From: Setoptus koraiensis
Taxonomy: Eukaryota; Animalia; Arthropoda
Assembly: GCA_048013815.1 (NCBI GenBank)
Contig: CM106586.1
Location: 5,394,001-5,458,000, forward strand
Reading direction: 5' to 3'
Length of the DNA stretch: 64,000 nt
The first letter of the stretch is position 1. Each line of letters opens with the position of its first letter. Positions 59,493 to 64,000 of this stretch are shown here, in pieces. The translations under genes and the position numbers were made by a program. The notes under the pieces were generated by a model. It did not search any database, had not been told where the DNA came from, and was given only the letters and a program-made list of their open reading frames with translations.

Positions 59493-60846
59493 ATAAAAGA
59501 TGACATTGACAAATCACTAAATATAGTCAACATTAGCTGAGCAGGTCTGAACATAGAACAATAAATTAGCAGAAAAAAGGATGAAATCAACTCACAAGAA
59601 AACCCTCTTAGGTGTTTGACTCGTTTTGGGTTCTGCTTGGCCTATCTGTTCTGAACTCTTTGAGCTGAGTGAGAATACGCTATTCCTATACCCTGTTTTT
59701 GCAGTATTTCATGTAAAATCTCTGTACCTCTAGACGGACTGTCCTCAAGATACCGAGATTTATACAGGCACATTGCATTTTATCCTTCCCGAATAGGCAA
59801 TCCAGCATTTGACCAGTTATTATTTTTGTAGTACGTTTTTATTGATGCGAAAATATCTATGCGAGAGCCGTCTAAATAGACCGATTGACAAATGACAAGG
59901 CTCAAAGTTGGGACATGCAGTTCGAGTGCAACTAACAAAAATTAATTTTGGTTGCACAAACCAGTAGGATCAAATGAATGCTCTTAATGGATGCCAACGA
60001 AAATACAACAATAGGTAGATGTTGCCAAGTTGATAATTGATCAAGACAACAAGACATAATCTTTTGTTTGTGACACATAGCCTCTGAATTGCGGCTAATA
60101 ATGATGGCTCACGGTGGGTAACGCTTCTCGAACCATCATGATAGCACACAAATGAATCTGTTATTAGAGAAAAAATTGGCTACAATTCATAGAGTTTTTG
60201 TGACGGTCTTTTTTTGTTACGCTGTTACGTCATCGCCGGGAGAGATTTTCTTCCGGGGAGACAATCCCGAGGTGGGAGTCTTTCTCTGCTGACACCATAA
60301 GTTGTATGAAAGAGAATTGTTAAACACGCTCAGCCAGGCTGCCTGGATAGATAATTCTGCTCAGGCAGAGACGTAATCAGTCGGGCCCATCTAATCTTAC
60401 AATTTCGATCGCAGTATCGCACGTTTATTTTCATTGCCTTTTTACAGCGCGTTTTCGCTGTATTTGTTGTTTGGATCGGATTGGTTGATTCACTTTGTTG
60501 TGTACAGTCGGACGGATATATGGGTACAGTGAAAAGGCAAGCCTCGCAACGCTGAGGTGTGGCGACGAATCGGTACACGCGTCGCGACGGGTAGGAGTCG
60601 CGCAGAATCCTTCAGTTACGCACTACCGTGCACTGTAGAACAGATGCACGGCGTGGAAGTGGTTTCGCGTGTCCTTGAATCACGTCCTTGTCTGGCACTA
60701 CTAGCATACTAGTGATCTGCTGTGCAAGCTTTATATGTTACGTAATTCCACTTTTTCTAGGCATTGTATTATTAGCATCAAATTAGCGAGCATCTCGACA
60801 CATTATTGGTGAATAAATAAAATAAACACAAAAATAACCATTTTAA

Positions 60847-62139
<1,293 letters not shown>

Positions 62140-62403
62140 AATTAATATAGCAAAAGCTATGAATCAATACATATAAGTAAATCAAATCAATCTTCAACTA
62201 GAGAGTGAATCAAGTCACTTTGACTTATGTCTGGTTATAGTTTAATGTTTAACTAATCAGTCATTCTTAAGTGAATTTTATCCATATCGGTTATTCCTTG
62301 AAATGTGTCGGTCCCATCAATCCTAGTACTACATAATACATAGTACTTAGCAAAGCATAAACAATCTACACGCGTGTTGAGGGCTTGTCTCAAAGTGTCT
62401 CCT

Positions 62404-64000
62404 CTAATGGTTTCCATACTTAGAATTTATCAAAGGATTCTTGATAATCTTCTTCTGCGTGCTATCGTATATCTGTCTACAACAAAAAACAAGTTCTGGG
62501 TTTACATCAGCTTTAGGTATTCTATCTTTTCGTGGATTTGTTAAAGGAGGAGCAACAAAGTAATCCATGGGCGAATTTGTCACGCCGACTTGCTCCATAC
62601 GTGATCTTTTCCTATAGCGGCAATATTCGTTAAATGTTAAAACATAACACTTATCTTCGATGCACGCCACACTGTTAATGTCACGATGCCGTGAGGCAAA
62701 GAGCTCGTCGGGTAAATGGTGGGGCTTCCTTCCCTCTTCCGTGTGTTCAGGTCTATAATACCAAAGTAGACTCATCATTATGCCTGCTAATAAAGAAAAT
62801 AAGCATTGGTAATTGTTTAGTATTGAGCTGATTCACACCAAGTTTACAGTTTCAAGAACTTTAAATACTTACCGTCGTTAGGATCTTTCCAAAAATTGGT
62901 AATCTTGGCGATAAACGGTAAGTCAGTTTTGCGAGCACCACTTCTCAGAAGAACACTATCCTTCGTCTTTATTATATCACCTTCTATATGCTTGATGGCC
63001 GGATAACAAAGTAGCTTCTGGATAGTAGATTCATTCTGAACGAATAGCATCAAAGATAAGATTAAAGAACTGATCGAAAACTATCCTTCAAGTATGTAGT
63101 AAAAAAAAATAAGTTGTAGAATTGACTTACGGTTAGATTGACAAATTTCTCTTCAGGTGTGCCTTGCAATGTCCATAATCCCTCCAAAGAGCGCTTCTTG
63201 AGAATTTTCTTCTGTGCCTTGCGAGTAGTCGGATCAGAACTCTCGGAAGGACTAGAAATATTGCTTGTGCCTGTTATCGCTTGCTGATTTTGGGATATAG
63301 GACTTCCAACAGAGGGGCTACTGTGAGACTTCGCAGACGAAGATGAGTCTTTGGATTGAGATTTGAGATGATTGACTGAAGATGAGGGTGAAGATGAAGA
63401 CGCGATCTGTGATGTCGCAACCATACTTGGAGTAACTGAACTAGAGTTTGTCGCCTCCGTTCTATCATTGAATGAAGCAACAGCCAAAAGACTAGTTTTT
63501 TCGGTGGCTCCAGAGCTAGGCGGAGCTGGTTTCCTAGCGGAGCTATTAGGCTCTCTATTAGCTCTCGGAGATGGAGTAGCGGCCGGCTTATTCGCACGAC
63601 GCTGTTCATGCTGAGATGTATCCTGAGATTTGCTAGATTTTTTGGTTACAGTAACTCCTTGCGATCTGTTTGAACGCTTCTTAGAAGATGATCCAGAATG
63701 AACACTGCCCGCTGCATGCGTTACTGGTACATCACTAATCAATGAAGATCCGTTGCCAACAGACCTTGTGGGGCTGGAGACGTTTACAGATGGTATCATC
63801 AAATTATGTGAGTTACAATAGGAATCCTGGACTTTATTTTGAGGATCAGTGCCCACAGAGAAGCCGACATCATTAGGACGAGGGTATAGAATAAGGTACG
63901 GTTGTTCGCTGATTCCTATCAAAGGAGGAACACCCAAGGTTTGCATAAATGAGTCTTGATAAGCTTGACTCTGGTTCATTGATGATGGAGGGTTAGGTCT
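62404..64000 (-). CDS. BAHD1: BAH-domain heterochromatin protein, BAHD1-like; may start at 63979 or beyond the window. Exons >63979-63131, 63035-62873, 62783-62404
   Basis: GDIIKTKDSVLLRSGARKTDLPFIAKITNFW, MMSLLWYYRPEH, ELFASRHRDINSVACIEDKCYVLTFNEYCRY. GT-AG introns 63036-63130 (phase 0) and 62784-62872 (phase 1). Ser-rich N-terminal region; the frame stays open to the window edge. Confidence 0.85.

Overview
Eukaryotic, gene-dense, intron-poor animal DNA: about 24 protein-coding genes in 64 kb, many single-exon, with most introns short (85-200 nt) GT-AG. The architecture suggests a compact-genome arthropod such as an acariform or eriophyoid mite (inference; no species call). Genes in order: FANCM (partial), ABCF3, a CRAL-TRIO protein, a secreted Lys/Pro/Gly-rich peptide precursor, myotubularin, a short neurochondrin-like gene, MSL2, PRELI/slowmo, THG1, COQ8, profilin, cysteine dioxygenase, ceramide glucosyltransferase, RER1, AMP deaminase, a 5-exon unrecognised secreted protein, TRAP-gamma, EXOC2 (C-terminal part), a divergent Bcl-2/BAX-like gene, a giant pancreatic-type lipase, TRAP-delta, two tandem Zn-ADH genes and BAHD1-like (partial). 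I found no rRNA, tRNA, CRISPR array or transposon that I can support. A C-rich, G-poor segment at about 40.86-44.46 kb cuts SSR3 and EXOC2 and is probably corrupted consensus sequence. Best leads: (1) a tandem ADH3 duplicate that lost the glutathione-binding residues and carries class-I-like residues; (2) two secreted proteins with C-terminal amidation-type signals; (3) a CDO with Lys at the Arg60 substrate-binding position; (4) codon-aligned overlap of the convergent NCDN and MSL2 CDS ends; (5) near-identical inverted start regions of FANCM and ABCF3. All splice models were worked out by hand from the sequence and need RNA-seq confirmation.
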